NCBI RefSeq assembly: GCF_036321535.1
Contig: NC_087436.1
Coordinates: 57,228,001-57,292,000 of the forward strand
DNA length: 64,000 bases
Origin: Camelus dromedarius
Lineage: Eukaryota
Reading direction: 5' to 3'
Below are positions 1 through 12,658 of this stretch, one piece after another. Each line of letters begins with the position of its first letter. The first letter of the stretch is position 1. A program made the translations under genes and the position numbers. Below the pieces are notes generated by a model, which was not told the DNA's origin, made no database searches, and saw only the letters and a program-made list of their open reading frames with translations.

Positions 1-72
1 ATAGAAGGAAAATTCAATTCTAAGTTTTACATAGAAAATATGCCAAAAAAACTTCTGTAAAACTATCATTTC

Positions 73-1289
73 CACTCTCCCAGACTTCAGACAATACTGT
101 AGAGCTACAGTAATAAAAACAGCATGGTATTGGTACAAAAACACATATATGGACCAGTGGAACAGAATAGAGAGCCAAGAAATGAACCCACAAACTTTTG
201 GTCAACTAATTTTGACAAAGGAGGCAAGAATATACAATGGAATAAAGACAGTCTCTTCAGCAAATGGTGTTGGGAAAACTGGACAGCAGCATGTAAATCA
301 GTGAAGCTAGAACACTCCCTCACACCATAAACAAAAATAAACTCAAAATTTATCAAAGACTTAGACATAAGACAAGATACAATAAACCTCCTAGAAGAAA
401 ATATAGGCAAAACGTTATCTGACATACATCTCAACATACATCTCAAAAATGTTCTCCTAGGGCAGTCTACCCAAGCAATAGAAATAAAAGCAAGAATAAA
501 CAAATGGGACATAATTAAACTTACAAGCTTCTGCACGGCAAAGGAAACCATAAGTAAAACAAAACGACAACCTACAGAAAGGGAGAAAATTTTTGCAAAT
601 GAAACCGACAAAGGCTTGATCTCCAGAATATATCAGCAGCTAATACGACTTAATAAGAAAAAAACAAACAACCCAATCCAAAAATGGACAGAAGACCTAA
701 ACAAGCAATTCTCCAAGGAAGAAATACAAATGATCAATAGGCACATGAAAAATGCTCAATATCACTAATTATCAGAGAAATGCGAATCAAAACTACAATG
801 AGGTATCACCTCACACCAGTCAGAATGGCCATCATTCAAAAGACCACAAATGACAAATGCTGGAGAAGCTGTGGAGAAAAGGGAACCCTCCTACACTGCT
901 GGTGGGAATGCAGTTTGGTGCAGCCACTGTGGAAAACAGTATGGAGATTCCTCAAAAGACTAGGAATAGATTTATCATATGACCCAGGAATCCTGCTCCT
1001 GAGCATATATCCAGAAGGAACCCTACTTCGAAATGATACCTGCAGCCCAATGTTCATAGCAGCACTATTTACAATAGCCAAGACATGGAAACAGCCTAAA
1101 TGTCCATCAACAGATGACTGTATAAAGAAGATGTGGTATATTTATACAATGGAATACTATTCGGCCATAAAAACCGACAACATGATGCTATTTGCAGCAA
1201 CATGGATGTTCCTGGAGAATGTCATTCTAAGTGAAGTAAGCCAGAAAGAGAAAGAAAAATACCATATGAGAGCGCTCATATGTGGAATC

Positions 1290-1321
<32 letters not shown>

Positions 1322-1630
1322 ATAAATACAAAACAGAAACAGACTCATAGACATAGAATACAAACTTGTGGTTGCCAGCGAGGGGTGGTGGGAAGGGATA
1401 GACTGGGAGTTCAAAATTTGTAGATATTGATAGGCATATGTAGAATAGATAAACAAGATTATACTGTATAGCACAGGGAAATATATATAAGATCTTGTGG
1501 TAGCTCACAGCAAAAAAAAAATGTGACCATGAATATATGTATGTTCATGCATAACTGAAAAATTGTGCTCTACACTGGAATTTGACACAATATTGTAAAA
1601 TGACTATAACTCAATATAAAATGTTTAAAA
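73..1630 (+). mobile_element. Young 5'-truncated LINE-1 (camelid-type): ORF2 C-terminal part, 3' UTR and A-tail
   Basis: Starts in the ORF2 'TLPDFRQY' region and has only a few stops/frameshifts. Flanked by a perfect 14-bp TSD AAAACTATCATTTC at 59-72 and 1631-1644. Confidence 0.95.
780..1292 (+). pseudogene. L1 ORF2p C-terminal remnant with the cysteine-rich (CCHC-like) domain
   Basis: Translation contains [51 protein letters not shown] and [13 protein letters not shown], all typical of the L1 ORF2 C-terminus. No EN or RT domain, so non-functional. Confidence 0.93.
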
Positions 1631-1789
1631 AAAACTATCATTTCTTCTTCTTTTAGCACTTATTATGTTGCTTTATAATTATTTTTCACTTACCTGGCAC
1701 TTCTATCAAACTATGAATTGTGTTCTCCAGAGGTGTGATTGAGGAAAGATAGAAAAGGAGAAACAAAGAAATAGGAAGATGCATTTGTC

Positions 1790-2660
1790 TTACTAATTTA
1801 GTAAATATTTGCTGAGTGCCTTTTAGGTGTAAGGTTTCAGATGTGTTAAGTAACAACAGCGACAGTAACAACCACCACGACAAAATGACCCTGATTTCAG
1901 AGAATCTAGTTCAGCAGGACTAACTGGTAAATGAACTAAGAGGCAGCTAGTCCAAGTGCTGGCAGATGAAAATATATAGAGGATGTTTGGGGAGTGGAAC
2001 TTAAGGAGGATTTTCTTGGGAGGTAAAATTTAAGGTAACTAATAAGTGAACTAAAATGATGAAGTTACAGTCCAGATAAGGTAAAAAGCACTCTGAAAGC
2101 ACAGAGGCAAGAAACAAGATAATAAGGTCTGTTTAGGTCAGGCTTTGGAGTCTGAATTTTATTTTTAAAGTTTCAAAGAAGCTGCTGAAGGAATTCGAAT
2201 TGGAGAGTGACATAATTGAAACTGAATTGTAGAAACATTAGTCTGCCATCAGAGTGAATAATGGACTGAGGGAGATGGGAATTGGGGTGGTGAGAGGAAG
2301 GGTAAAGAGGCTAGTTAGGGGCTATGCAGGGGTCAGAGTAAGAAGAGATGAAATAAAGAGACAATAAAAATCAGAATAGTGTACAGATTTGAGAGTGATT
2401 AAGGAGGTAGAAAATATGGAGCCTGATGACTGATGAGCTGTTGAGTGATTTAAGAGTCTAGGATGACTACTCAGATTTTTGTTTGAATTAGTGTGTTATG
2501 CTGCCAGTAATCAAGAAAAAAAAATAAAGAGGTTTTAGGGAAAAGATGGTGAGTTGAATTTGGGACATATTGACATATTGAATCAAATTGAGTTTAAGAT
2601 GCTTGTGGGACATCCAAGAGATGTATAGCAGACAGTTGAGTGTGAGAGTCTATAGTTGCA
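1790..2660 (-). mobile_element. L2 LINE remnant
   Basis: Begins with the antisense L2 3' motif (AAATATTTGCTGAGTGCC), followed by purine-rich L2-like body (GTTGAATTTGGGACATATTGA...GATGCTTGTGGGACATCCAAG). Confidence 0.7.
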
Positions 2661-2714
2661 CCATCTAATAGCAATCCAAGGCAAACTTGGAATGTAATTT
2701 AAAAATTTCTAATA

Positions 2715-5700
2715 GTGACCGGGAATATTTATGTACAAGTTTTTGTGTTTTCATTTCTCTGGAATAAATGTCCAGGAGCGAAATTCCTGGGTCGTATGAT
2801 AAGTTTACATTTGGTTTTTAAGGAAACCAACGAACTATTTTCCACAGCAGCTATACCATTTTGCCTTGCCATCAGCAAGTATGGGAATTTCAGTTGGTCA
2901 GCATCCCTGTCAGTACTTGATATGCTCAGTTAAGCCATTCTGATAGGTGTATAGTGATGTCTCATTGTAGATTTAATTTGCCTTTCCTTAATGGCAAATG
3001 ATGTTGAGCATCTTGTTGTATACTTATTTATCATTGTGCACCCCTATTGGTATATATGTCTGTACAGGTTTTTTGCCTTTTTTTGTTGGTAGCATTATTT
3101 GTGTTTCATTCTTGAGTTTTTGAGTTTTTTAAAATAAATTCTGGATACAAGTCCTTTGTCGGATATGTTATTTGCAAATATTTTTTTGCAGTCTGTAGCT
3201 TGTCTTTTAATTCTCCTAATAGGGTCTTTCACAAAGTCAAAGTTTTACCTTTTGATCAAGTCCACTAATTTATACATTTTTAGATTATGCTTTTGGCATA
3301 TGTAACAACTCTTTACCTAATCCCAGTCATGAAGATTTTCTCCTGTGTTTTCTTCTGAAAATTTTGAAGTTTTATATTTAGATCTACGAGCCATTTTAAG
3401 TTAATTTTTATATAAGATTTAGGTTGAGGCTTTTTTTTCTACATATGGATATTCAATGTTTTCAATACCCACTTGTGGAAAATACTGTCCTCACTCCATT
3501 GAATAGTCTTTGTATCATTGTAAAAAATCAATTGATTGTATTTTATGTTGTTCTCTTTCTGGAATCTCTATTTTTTCTATTGTTTATTCACTATCTTGGT
3601 AACTATAGGTTTATAGTAAGTCTTAAAATTGGGTAGTGTGAATCTTCTAACTGTATTCTTCTTTAGAAAATTATTTAGATTCTTCTAGGTACTAATTATA
3701 GTTGGCTTTTCAGTATCTACAAAAAATTGTGATGAGATTTTGACTAGAATTCTGTTAAGCATATAGATCAATTTAGGGAACATCTGAATTGATGTTTTAT
3801 GTATACTGAATCTTCCAATCCACAAACAAGGTACATCTCTCTATTTGTTTGGTCCTTTGATTTCTTTCAGTAACATTTTGTAGTTTGCAGCATACAGATC
3901 CTGTATGTGCTTTATTACTTTTATGTTTAAGTATTTTTAAGAGACACTATACATGGTATTTTTTAAATTTAGTTTTAAATTATTATAGAAATAATAATAT
4001 AATATAAATATATTATAATATATATATAAATATATACAATAATAATATAAAAATAATAAAGAAGTAAGATTTATTTAATTGAACATTTTATTTTGATATA
4101 ATTGTAGATTCACATACAGTTATAGGAAATAATACAGAGAGATTGCATGTAGCCTTACTTAGCTTCACTGTGTATGGCTGTACCACATTTTGTTTATCTG
4201 TTCTTCAATTGATGAACATTTGGATTATTTCCACCTTTTTGCCATTATGAATAATACTGCTATGGACATTTTTGTGGGAACACACGATTTTATTTCTCTT
4301 GAGTATATAGCTAGAATTGAAATTACTGGGTCATATAGCAGTTCTAGGTTTAACTTTTGAGAAACTGCCAAACCATTTTCCACAGCAACCTAAAACATTT
4401 TACATTCCTGCAAGCAAAGTATGAGGATTTTAATTTCTTCAGGTTCTTACCAACACTTGTTATTTTCTGCTTCTTTTATCCTAGTCATTCTAGTAAGCGT
4501 GAAGTGGTATCTAATCGTGGCTTTGGTTAGCATGTCCCTAACAACTAATGATGTTGAGCATTGTTCCTCTGCTTGTTGTATATCTTCTTTGAAGGAGTCT
4601 CTTTTCAAGTGTTTTGCCTATTTTTAAAAATTTTTTATTTGAATTATAGTCAGTTTACAATGTTGTGTCAATTTCTGGTGTAACAGTATGTCTCAGTCAT
4701 ACATATACATATACATAGATATATTCCTTTTCATATTCTTTTTAATTATAGGTTACTACAAGTTACAGAGTTCCCCATGCTATACAGTAGCAAGGAATTT
4801 CCCTTCAATTTCTAGTTTGTTGAGTGTATTTTTTATCATGAGAGGATGTTGGGTTTTGCAAAATGTTTTTACTGCATATATTGAGATAATCATATGTTTT
4901 TTATTCCTTCATTTTATTAATATCATGTGTTACATTGAATGATTTTCATGTGTTTATCCAACCTTGCCTTCTTGGGCTAAATACCACTTATCCTGCTATG
5001 TAATCCTTTTATATGCTGCTGGGTTCACTTTGTTAGTATTTTGTGGAGGATTTTTGGATCCATATGCAAACTGATCTGTAGTTTTCTTTTCTTGTGATGT
5101 CTTTGTCTGGCTTTGGTGGAAGAGTAATATGGGCCTCATACAATTGAGTTAGAAAGTGTTCCCTCCTTTACTATTTTTTGGATGAGTCTGAGAAGGATTG
5201 ATGTTAATTCTTCTTCAAATGTTTGATAGAATTTGCCATTTGTTCCTGGCCTTTCTTTTGTTGGAATTTTTTTTGATTATGGAATCAATCTCTTTACTTG
5301 TTATCGTTTTATTTATACTTTCTATTTTTTTATTAAGTTTTGGTGATTTGTATATTTTTAGAAATTTATCCATTCATCTAAGTTATCTAATTTATTCCAA
5401 TACAATCATTCATAGTGTTTAATTTCGATCCTTTTCATTTCTGTGAGTTCAGTAATAATGTTCCTACTTTCATTTCTGATTTTGAGTCTTCTCTTCTTTT
5501 TGTTGATCAATCCAGTTAAAGGTTTGCCAATGTTCTTAAGATAATCGAAGAGCCAACTTTTAGTTTCATTTGTTTTCCATATTATTTTTCTATTCTTTAT
5601 TTCTTCATGAAGGAAATTATTCCACAGTCTTCTTTTCTTGTAATAACTTTGTTTTGTTCTCATATCAGGATTGTTCTGGGCTTATTGAATCAGTTGAAAA

Positions 5701-6110
5701 ATGTTCTCCCTTCTGTTTTTGGTAAGAGTTGAAATATAGGCAGTGTCTACCCTGTAGTTCATTTCTCAAAGCCTTTGGGATTCTGTTTAGGGTCAGATCC
5801 ATACGTGTGCAGCTCAAGATCAAGTCTAGGAGGTCATGCACAAATCTATTAGATTACTTTCTTGAGCTCTTTTTAATTCTCAATCTCCCCAATACATCTG
5901 ATTCCTAGAGTTTCCGTTTCTTGGTCATCTTGCTAGAACACTGAGTTTTAGTTACATACTCTACTGCACACTCCTCATACCTTTGTCTGCCCCCATGGCT
6001 AAGGGAGGAATGGGAAAAAAAATACCAGGATATTTTTCCCTCTCCCTCAACCAGCAGAGATCCCCTTTTCATCTCCTTGGACCAGAAATTGAAAGTTTTT
6101 CTGGTTCTTG
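2715..6110 (-). mobile_element. Composite of old, diverged L1 fragments (L1M-type) with a nested younger L1 3' UTR piece at about 4630-4790
   Basis: T-rich antisense L1 ORF2/3' text (e.g. AATGATGTTGAGCATCTT twice, TTGAGTTAGAAAGTGTTCCCTCC). A new L1 3' end begins near 4070. AT low-complexity patch at 3985-4060. Confidence 0.8.
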
Positions 6111-6903
6111 CTTGAAGAACAGTTATATTTGAGTATAAAACTATTTGATCTCTTTGTTTTGACTTTGCCTTTAATCAAAAACAAAGACATAAATTTGCAG
6201 TGTATTTTCTAAAGTAAACTCAAGTAAGTCAAACTAATCCTTTTTATCATTTTTTAACAGAGAAGTTAAATTGTGTTCTCTATGTTACATTTAACATTTA
6301 TTATACTGAAATAATTCCTCTAATATAAGTCTTTATCATGTGTATTTTACAAGGAAGGTTTTTTTTTCTTTTTAAGTTCTGATATAATATTTTTTACCAT
6401 GTTTGTTAAGAATGAACTTGGAAGAAAGGACTAGTTAATCTAAGTATTTCTGTATGATTTAAAATTTTTGGTATGCTTTTATACTAGTTACTTAGTTTTG
6501 TACGGTACAGTACCTTTAAAAAATTGTGGTAAAATTTGCCATTTTAAGCAGTATTTTAAAGGTACCATTTAGTGACATTTGGTACATTCATAATGTTGTG
6601 ATCCATCACAATTGATATCAATTTCAATAACTTTAATAAACTTTATATCTCCATTCAATAATTTGCTATGAAATTGAATTTTTTAAGTTAAATCTGTAGA
6701 TCAAATTTTTATTGTGTACAGATTGTCATTATTTTTCTAATTTTGTGTTTATTATTATTCTCTAGAATATAGTATTTAAAATGTGATAATAGCTTGTAGT
6801 GATTTCTTAGCAATTCTTTTGGATTTTCCTCAGTTTTTCCTATTTCCAGTATTTGGATTATTACAATGTTATACTAATTCTTCACCATATTTCTTACTAT
6901 TAG

Positions 6904-6968
6904 ATACAAAGAATATTAAAGTGGTCTTGCAGTCAGTGGAGTATATAGAAAATACATGGGCTAAAACA
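6904..6968 (+). other. Candidate internal exon, 65 nt (gene unidentified)
   Basis: Acceptor TTCTTCACCATATTTCTTACTATTAG and donor ACA|GTAAGA in non-repeat sequence. One frame is open (xTKNIKVVLQSVEYIENTWAKT). Confidence 0.35.
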
Positions 6969-7342
6969 GTAAGATTAAAATATTTTTGAAGTTAACTTGA
7001 TATAGGCTACTCTAGGCAAAATGGTGACTTCGAAGCATTTTGCTTTGGTTTCAGCATCATGTTGGCAGAAGCATTATGACTCTTGGGGTTTATTTCTTGT
7101 TAAAACTCTAGTATTTTTATAATTTTAGAGTCTATCTGCAAACTGCTGTAGCTCTGGAGGATCTATAGTAGTTGAGATAAAGATAATAGAAAAATTATCG
7201 AGTCCTGAGGCTTATTGATTAACTTTTATCATTTTGTAGGTTATCTGCATACACAATTACTTTTTTAATATGTGTAAAATGATGGTGTTTATATTTATTT
7301 TAATGTAAAAATAATTTGCACTGATGTTTGTTTTTGTTGCAG

Positions 7343-7412
7343 TGAACTTTCTTGGGAATCCTGAAGTACAATGTCGCAATCCAAATACTGGATTTCAAGC
7401 ATTAATTCCAAG
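7343..7412 (+). other. Candidate internal exon, 70 nt (gene unidentified)
   Basis: Branch-like CTGAT, then TTTGTTTTTGTTGCAG acceptor and AAG|GTAAAA donor. More balanced composition than the AT-rich flanks. One frame is fully open (xNFLGNPEVQCRNPNTGFQALIP). Confidence 0.5.
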
Positions 7413-7489
7413 GTAAAAAGAGCAAAATGGTCTAATAATCTTGATATTTAATAGTATGTATTATTTAGCAATAACAACTGAGCTCCAAT

Positions 7490-9790
7490 ATTCATTCAAC
7501 AAATAATTCTAGTCACCTTTTTTGGATAGGATATCTGTTTTACATTAGTTGAATAGAAGAGTGAATGAGACAGTGTTCAAGATCCATGTTGTCGTAAAGT
7601 TTATACTCTAGAGGGAGGAAAACAGATAGCAAATTAAAGCTATAATATAATTTTAGATAATATATGGTATGAGAAAAATAAAACATAGTCACTTGATAAT
7701 AGTAACTGGAGGGAAAATTCATGCTGGATAACGTATTTAGCAATGACATTTCTTAACAAAGAGCGTACTAGATAGAAAGAAAAGCAATTTCAATTTCAGG
7801 CTTTGAGTTGGGAGGGAGTTTGGGAAACAAAAAAGGCCAGCATGTGTAGCTGGGTCATAATGAGGAATAGGAAGAGCAGGATGTGCTGAGGTTGGAGAGA
7901 CAGACTAGGATAAAAGGCCATTTAGGCAAAACAAACAAAATGTTTGCAATTGATTCCAAGTGGAAAGGAAACCATTGGTGAGTTTTAAGGGACTTAAAGT
8001 TACACTATTTACTCTGTAGAAAGTTCACTTGGATTGCTGTGTGGAGAATAGATTTTGGAAGCTCTAAAAAGGAAGCAAGAAGAGTGGTTAGAGGGTACTG
8101 CAGTGCTATTAGCAAAAGATGGCAGTGGCATGAACAAGAGTAGTAGCAGCAGAACTGAAGAGAAGTGGACAGATAAAAGGGATATTTGTGAGATATAGTT
8201 GGACAGACTTGATGCTTGTTTAGGAAGTATGTGTGTAGGTGAGGTAGGTGGTGTAAGAGATCAATAAGAGTCAAGGATGTCTTCTACGAATTTTGCTTGA
8301 ATAAATGGTTGGAAAGTGATGCTCCTTATTTGCTTTATTCTTTATTTGAAAAGCAAAGGAGAGAAACAAGATTAGGAACTCAGTGGTGGGGCTCAAAACT
8401 GAAGATACAAAATGGAAAGTCAACAGCACACAGATAATAAAGTTACGGGACTGAATGAGATCTCAGCAGAGAGTCTAGATGAAGAAGTGAAAGAGGCTCA
8501 GCACTGAGACAGAAAAAGGCTGAAAAGAGAGTCCATTTCGATGGGAGAAAAACATGGACAATGCTCTAACATGGAATTAAAGAGAATGAAGTGTTACAAG
8601 AAGAAAGGAAATTGCTGCAAGTTCGAGTCAGATAAGGGCAGAGAAATGACCATTAATTTTACATCCTGGGCATTATTTTGACCTTGACAAGTACAATTTC
8701 AGTGGTTTGAGGGGAGATAAACATGACTGGGGTGGGCCGAGGATAAAAAGTGAGATGGTAGAAGAAAGTTAGTAAATCTAGGCATCTCTTGATATTTGTT
8801 GCTGTGAAGGGGTCAGAAAAATGAGATAATGACTGAAATATAACATGAAATCAAAGGAGTACTTTTTTTTTTAATGGAGAGTTTGTATATGTATGTTTAT
8901 AGGAATGCTCTAGTAGACAGAGAGGGTCTAATGATACATGGAGAGTCACACGATAATTGCAGGCTTGAATTTCTTGAACATGGGAAGAGGAGATGAAATC
9001 CAGAAAATAAAGGGAGGCGTTTACATTTTTAGACACTGGGAAATTTTTTTCCATTGTAGTAAGAGGAAGGCAGAGAGTGAGAGTGTAGATGCAGATAAGT
9101 TAATAAAGTTGGCGGTAGGAAGTTGAAGGAGTTCCCATCTGATTGCTACTCTTTTCTCAGGGAAGAAAGAAGTGGGTTCATGGGCTGTAGAGGGGAGGGG
9201 GTTTTGAAGGTCTGAAGAAAAAGGAGATCTGAAACTTGTTTCAAATAATGAGAAATGCAGTAGGATTCCTGGGCGCTTGTGAGTGCTCTTCTAAGATTGT
9301 TGATCATAAATTGAGAGAAAGATCTATCTACATGTTGTTGATTTTCTCCAGCAACATTCAGCTTCTGGGGCAGAGGTGCAGAGAAAGTGGACAGTTGAGT
9401 TTAATCAGAGTTGGGGTATAATTAAGTGGGAAAGAGGGAGAGAGGGACAAAAGAGTTAAAGGCAAGTTGATTGTAATAATCATCCATGGCATCTAGACTG
9501 GGAGAGGTAAGAAACGAGGATGTGAAATGATGGAAATGGAAAACCCTTCACCTCTCTTCACTCAACTGAATCGTTGCTGGCACTGGAGGTGGGGAAGGGA
9601 GAGAGCAGGGAAGGGATGCATGTCAAAAAGTTGGGAGCTTGACATTGAGATTATTTTTGCTCTGGTATATTTATTATTGATATCAAGGTCCAGTGTTATG
9701 GCATTGGATGTGGATGAATGCAGTTGGCTAGAGAAAAAGATTGGAGAAAAGATCTAAGAACTGAGAAGACAAGGGATTAAGAAAACCAGT
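7490..9790 (-). mobile_element. Long (about 2.3 kb) L2 LINE remnant
   Basis: Starts ATTCATTCAACAAATA (antisense L2 3' end) and continues as GA-rich L2 body (AGATAAGGGCAGAGAAATGACCATT, GACCTTGACAAG, GAAGGAGTTCCCATCTGATTGCT). Confidence 0.8.
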
Positions 9791-10504
9791 GCTTTTCATA
9801 GAATGCTACCTGGGGAAGGAATACCCTGGGCAACTCTGTCTAAAACTGAAACAGTCATTGTGGCCACACAGCAGAATCATCTCCTCCCTCTCATTTTCAT
9901 CATTGAATCAGTTCTCAGGCTTCAGGCATGTCTGGGAGCAGGACAATCTGAAGCATGTTGCACACAGCAGTGCTCAAAGCATGCTGCTGCTTCACACCCC
10001 CTCCTCCAAGACAACACTCCCAGAAAATATACCAATTATAGCCCCCAGGGCCTAACCACAAAAGAGAATTTAAAAGTTTTGAGCTCTGAAGGTCATAAGA
10101 TGTGCTGTATATAAAATATATTTTGGGTGCCAATCTTCAGCTGCTCTCTAGGGTAATTGTTCAAGTAACTTAACACATCCTCATTTTGAATAAGTGCCAG
10201 GCTCTGTTGTAGAAAGGAGTATTTATTAGAGCAGGCCTTGAATTAGTATTAGGAAAAAAGTTTTGTCAAAATTACGGTGTGGGAAGGTCAATAAAGTTGT
10301 CTGACATTTTGGAAAGCTCTTGAGATTTCTTTTTCTCCCTCTCAATATAATGTAGAGAAATAAAACAATATAAGAATTTGGGGAATTAAAGTATTGTGGA
10401 TTTAATAGCTGTTGTGGGAAATACGTAAATCCGGGTTAAAATGTTCCCTTGTTTACCAGTAAGAGTTAATACATTCTTTTATAGCATTTTTTCTCTATAA
10501 GCAT

Positions 10505-11195
10505 ATTAATTCACTCAGCAGATGCTTATTGCAGGCCTACTGTGGGCCAAACGTGAACAAAGCTGAAGTGTCTGCTCCCAGGGCCACACGCTCTGGTGGG
10601 GGAAGGCAGATCATACACATACAAATACATATTTAACACATTACAGCTGAGAATTGCTATGGAGAAAAAGAAGGAGGGTAAGGAGAAAAGAGTGTGAGGT
10701 GGGAAGGAGATGCTCCCTTTCTCCAGGATGTTCTGGGGAGGCCTGTGATAAGGTAACATTTGAGAAGAGACACGAAGGAGGTGAGAGAGAACACAGGCTC
10801 TAAGGTGGGACCTGAGAGGTTAGCTTGTTCACGCCTAGGTCTACCAGCTTCTGTCTGGGCTTCTCACCTCTCAAAGCATGTCCTGCTGGCCACCTAAAAC
10901 CTTTCCTGGTGCTCTGCCCCGACTCTCACTGATCCCTCAGTGCAAACACCAAATGCTGTAGGGAGCCATTCCTGACTCTCTATACCAGGAGTAAATTTGA
11001 ATTCTCCCCACTTTGCCCTTCTTTTGTACCCCTACAGAGTTCTATTATAATACCTATAAAATGTTATTACTTTTTGTGCTTAAATACCTTTCTCCTAACA
11101 CTAGGCAGTAAGATCCTTGGGAGTAGGAGCTATGTCCCATCCTCAGTACTCATCATGGGGCCTGACATATTGTATGTTCTACCATTTTGTGTTGA
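10505..11195. mobile_element. Two L2 fragments in opposite orientation (about 10505-10800 on -, about 10900-11195 on +)
   Basis: ATTCACTCAGCAGATGCTTATTG start; later TAGGCAGTAAGATCCTTGGGAGTAGG...GGGCCTGACATATTGTATGTTC L2 3' motif. Confidence 0.55.
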
Positions 11196-11224
11196 AAAAA
11201 ATTGTATTTGGAGCAATTTTAAAA

Positions 11225-11745
11225 AAAGAGCTATCAAGTCATGAAAAGGTTTTTCCTAAGATTCCTAAGGTGGAACCTTAAACGCATATTGCTTAGTGGA
11301 AGAAACCAGTCTGAAAAGGCTACATATGGTATGATTCCAACTATATGACATTTTGGAAAAGACAAAATTACAGGGACAGTGAAAAGATCTGTGGTTGCTA
11401 GGGGCTCAGGATGAGTAGGCGGAGCACGGGAGATTTTAGGGTGGTGAATCTATTCTATATGGTACGATAATGATGAATACATGTCATTATTCGTTTGTTA
11501 AAACCTATCATGCTGTACAGCACCGCCAAGAGTGACACTAATGTAAACCATGGACTCTAGTTAGTAATGTATCAATACTGGTTTATCAGTTTTAACAGAT
11601 CAACCATACTAAAGCAAAATGTTAGTAATAGAGGAAACTGTGTGTAGGGTTAGTGGGGAGTTACTATATGGAATGTTATGCATTATCTGCTCAATGATTC
11701 TCTAAATCTAAAACTGTGCTTTAAAATGTCTATATTATTTGAAAA
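11225..11745 (+). mobile_element. L1MC-type 3' end
   Basis: GAGCTATCAAGTCATGAAAA...GAAGAAACCAGTCTGAAAAGGCTACATA...AAATCTAAAACTG resembles the L1MC1-3 3' UTR. Confidence 0.75.
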
Positions 11746-11914
11746 TGAAATTTGGCAGTGAAAGCAAGGAGCGATATAGAATAGTAGATTGACTACTTTT
11801 TAAGGACTGCTTTTTTAAAAACAAGAATTCTTGAACATGTGTCAATAATAAAGGTGTGAAATACTTGATGTAATTCATAAGCAGCTAACATCCTTCCTGA
11901 CTCCTTTCCTGTCC

Positions 11915-12160
11915 TAGGTACAGTGGAAGGAGCTGGGCTGGCGAAGAGTGTCAGAGGGCTGCATAAAGAACTTTCTATTCAGGCAGATGTGTGTTTGAAT
12001 CCCATCTAGCTGTGAGATCTTTGCTGAGCCTCAGCGTTCCTATCTGTGTGAAGGTCACACTACTGACCTCAGAGGGGTATGATGAGGATTCAATGAGACA
12101 CACTATCTAAAATGCTAGCACAGGGCCTGGCATAAGAAGTATGGCTAAAACGTGCTCATT
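11915..12160 (+). mobile_element. MIR SINE
   Basis: Core TTTGAATCCC...TAGCTGTGAGATCTT...CTGAGCCTCAGCGTTCCTATCTGTG...ATGAGGATTCAATGAGA. Confidence 0.75.
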
Positions 12161-12509
12161 TTCCTTATTTTCCCTTTCAAGAGAATATAAAAATGAAACA
12201 AAAGTTGGAATAAGTGATGGGAGAAATTAGGAGGAAGACAAAAAAAAGATCACATGTTGGTATAGCACTGAATTCGAGTTTTAACTTTTACATTTGAGGA
12301 CTAGCTCTATTTTCCATTAGATTCCGTTAGGTTCTGTTTGAACAGGCACCTACACTGCTTCTCTGATACATTATCTTTAAAAAAATAAATTCTATATGAT
12401 AACAGGTGAAGTGACTTTTCTCATGTGGGTTTTCTCAGGTAATAGATGGTGTCATGTGTCAGAAGTGAGAAGATGAGAAGGTAGAATTGTTAAGTTAAGA
12501 AATATGGGA

Positions 12510-12658
12510 GGGGAGGGTATTGCTCCGTGGTAGAGTGTGTGCTTAGCATGCACAAGGTCCTGGGTTCAATCCCCAGTCCCTCCATTAAAAAAAAAAAGAA
12601 CTAACAATAAATAAATAAGGAGACCTAATGACCACTCCCCAAGAAAATCTTTAAAAAA
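12510..12658 (+). mobile_element. tRNA-derived SINE, camelid Vic-1 type
   Basis: GGGGAGGGTATTGCTCCGTGGTAGAG (Pol III A box), GGTTCAATCCCCAG (B box) and an A-rich tail. TSD AAATATGGGA at 12500-12509 and 12659-12668. Confidence 0.9.

Noticed and set aside
105..611. 168-aa hydrophobic minus-strand ORF
   Set aside because: It is the antisense reading of L1 ORF2, a well-known artefact.
12510..12585. tRNA-like A and B boxes
   Set aside because: Part of a SINE with A-tail and TSD; no complete cloverleaf. The same applies to 17010-17088.
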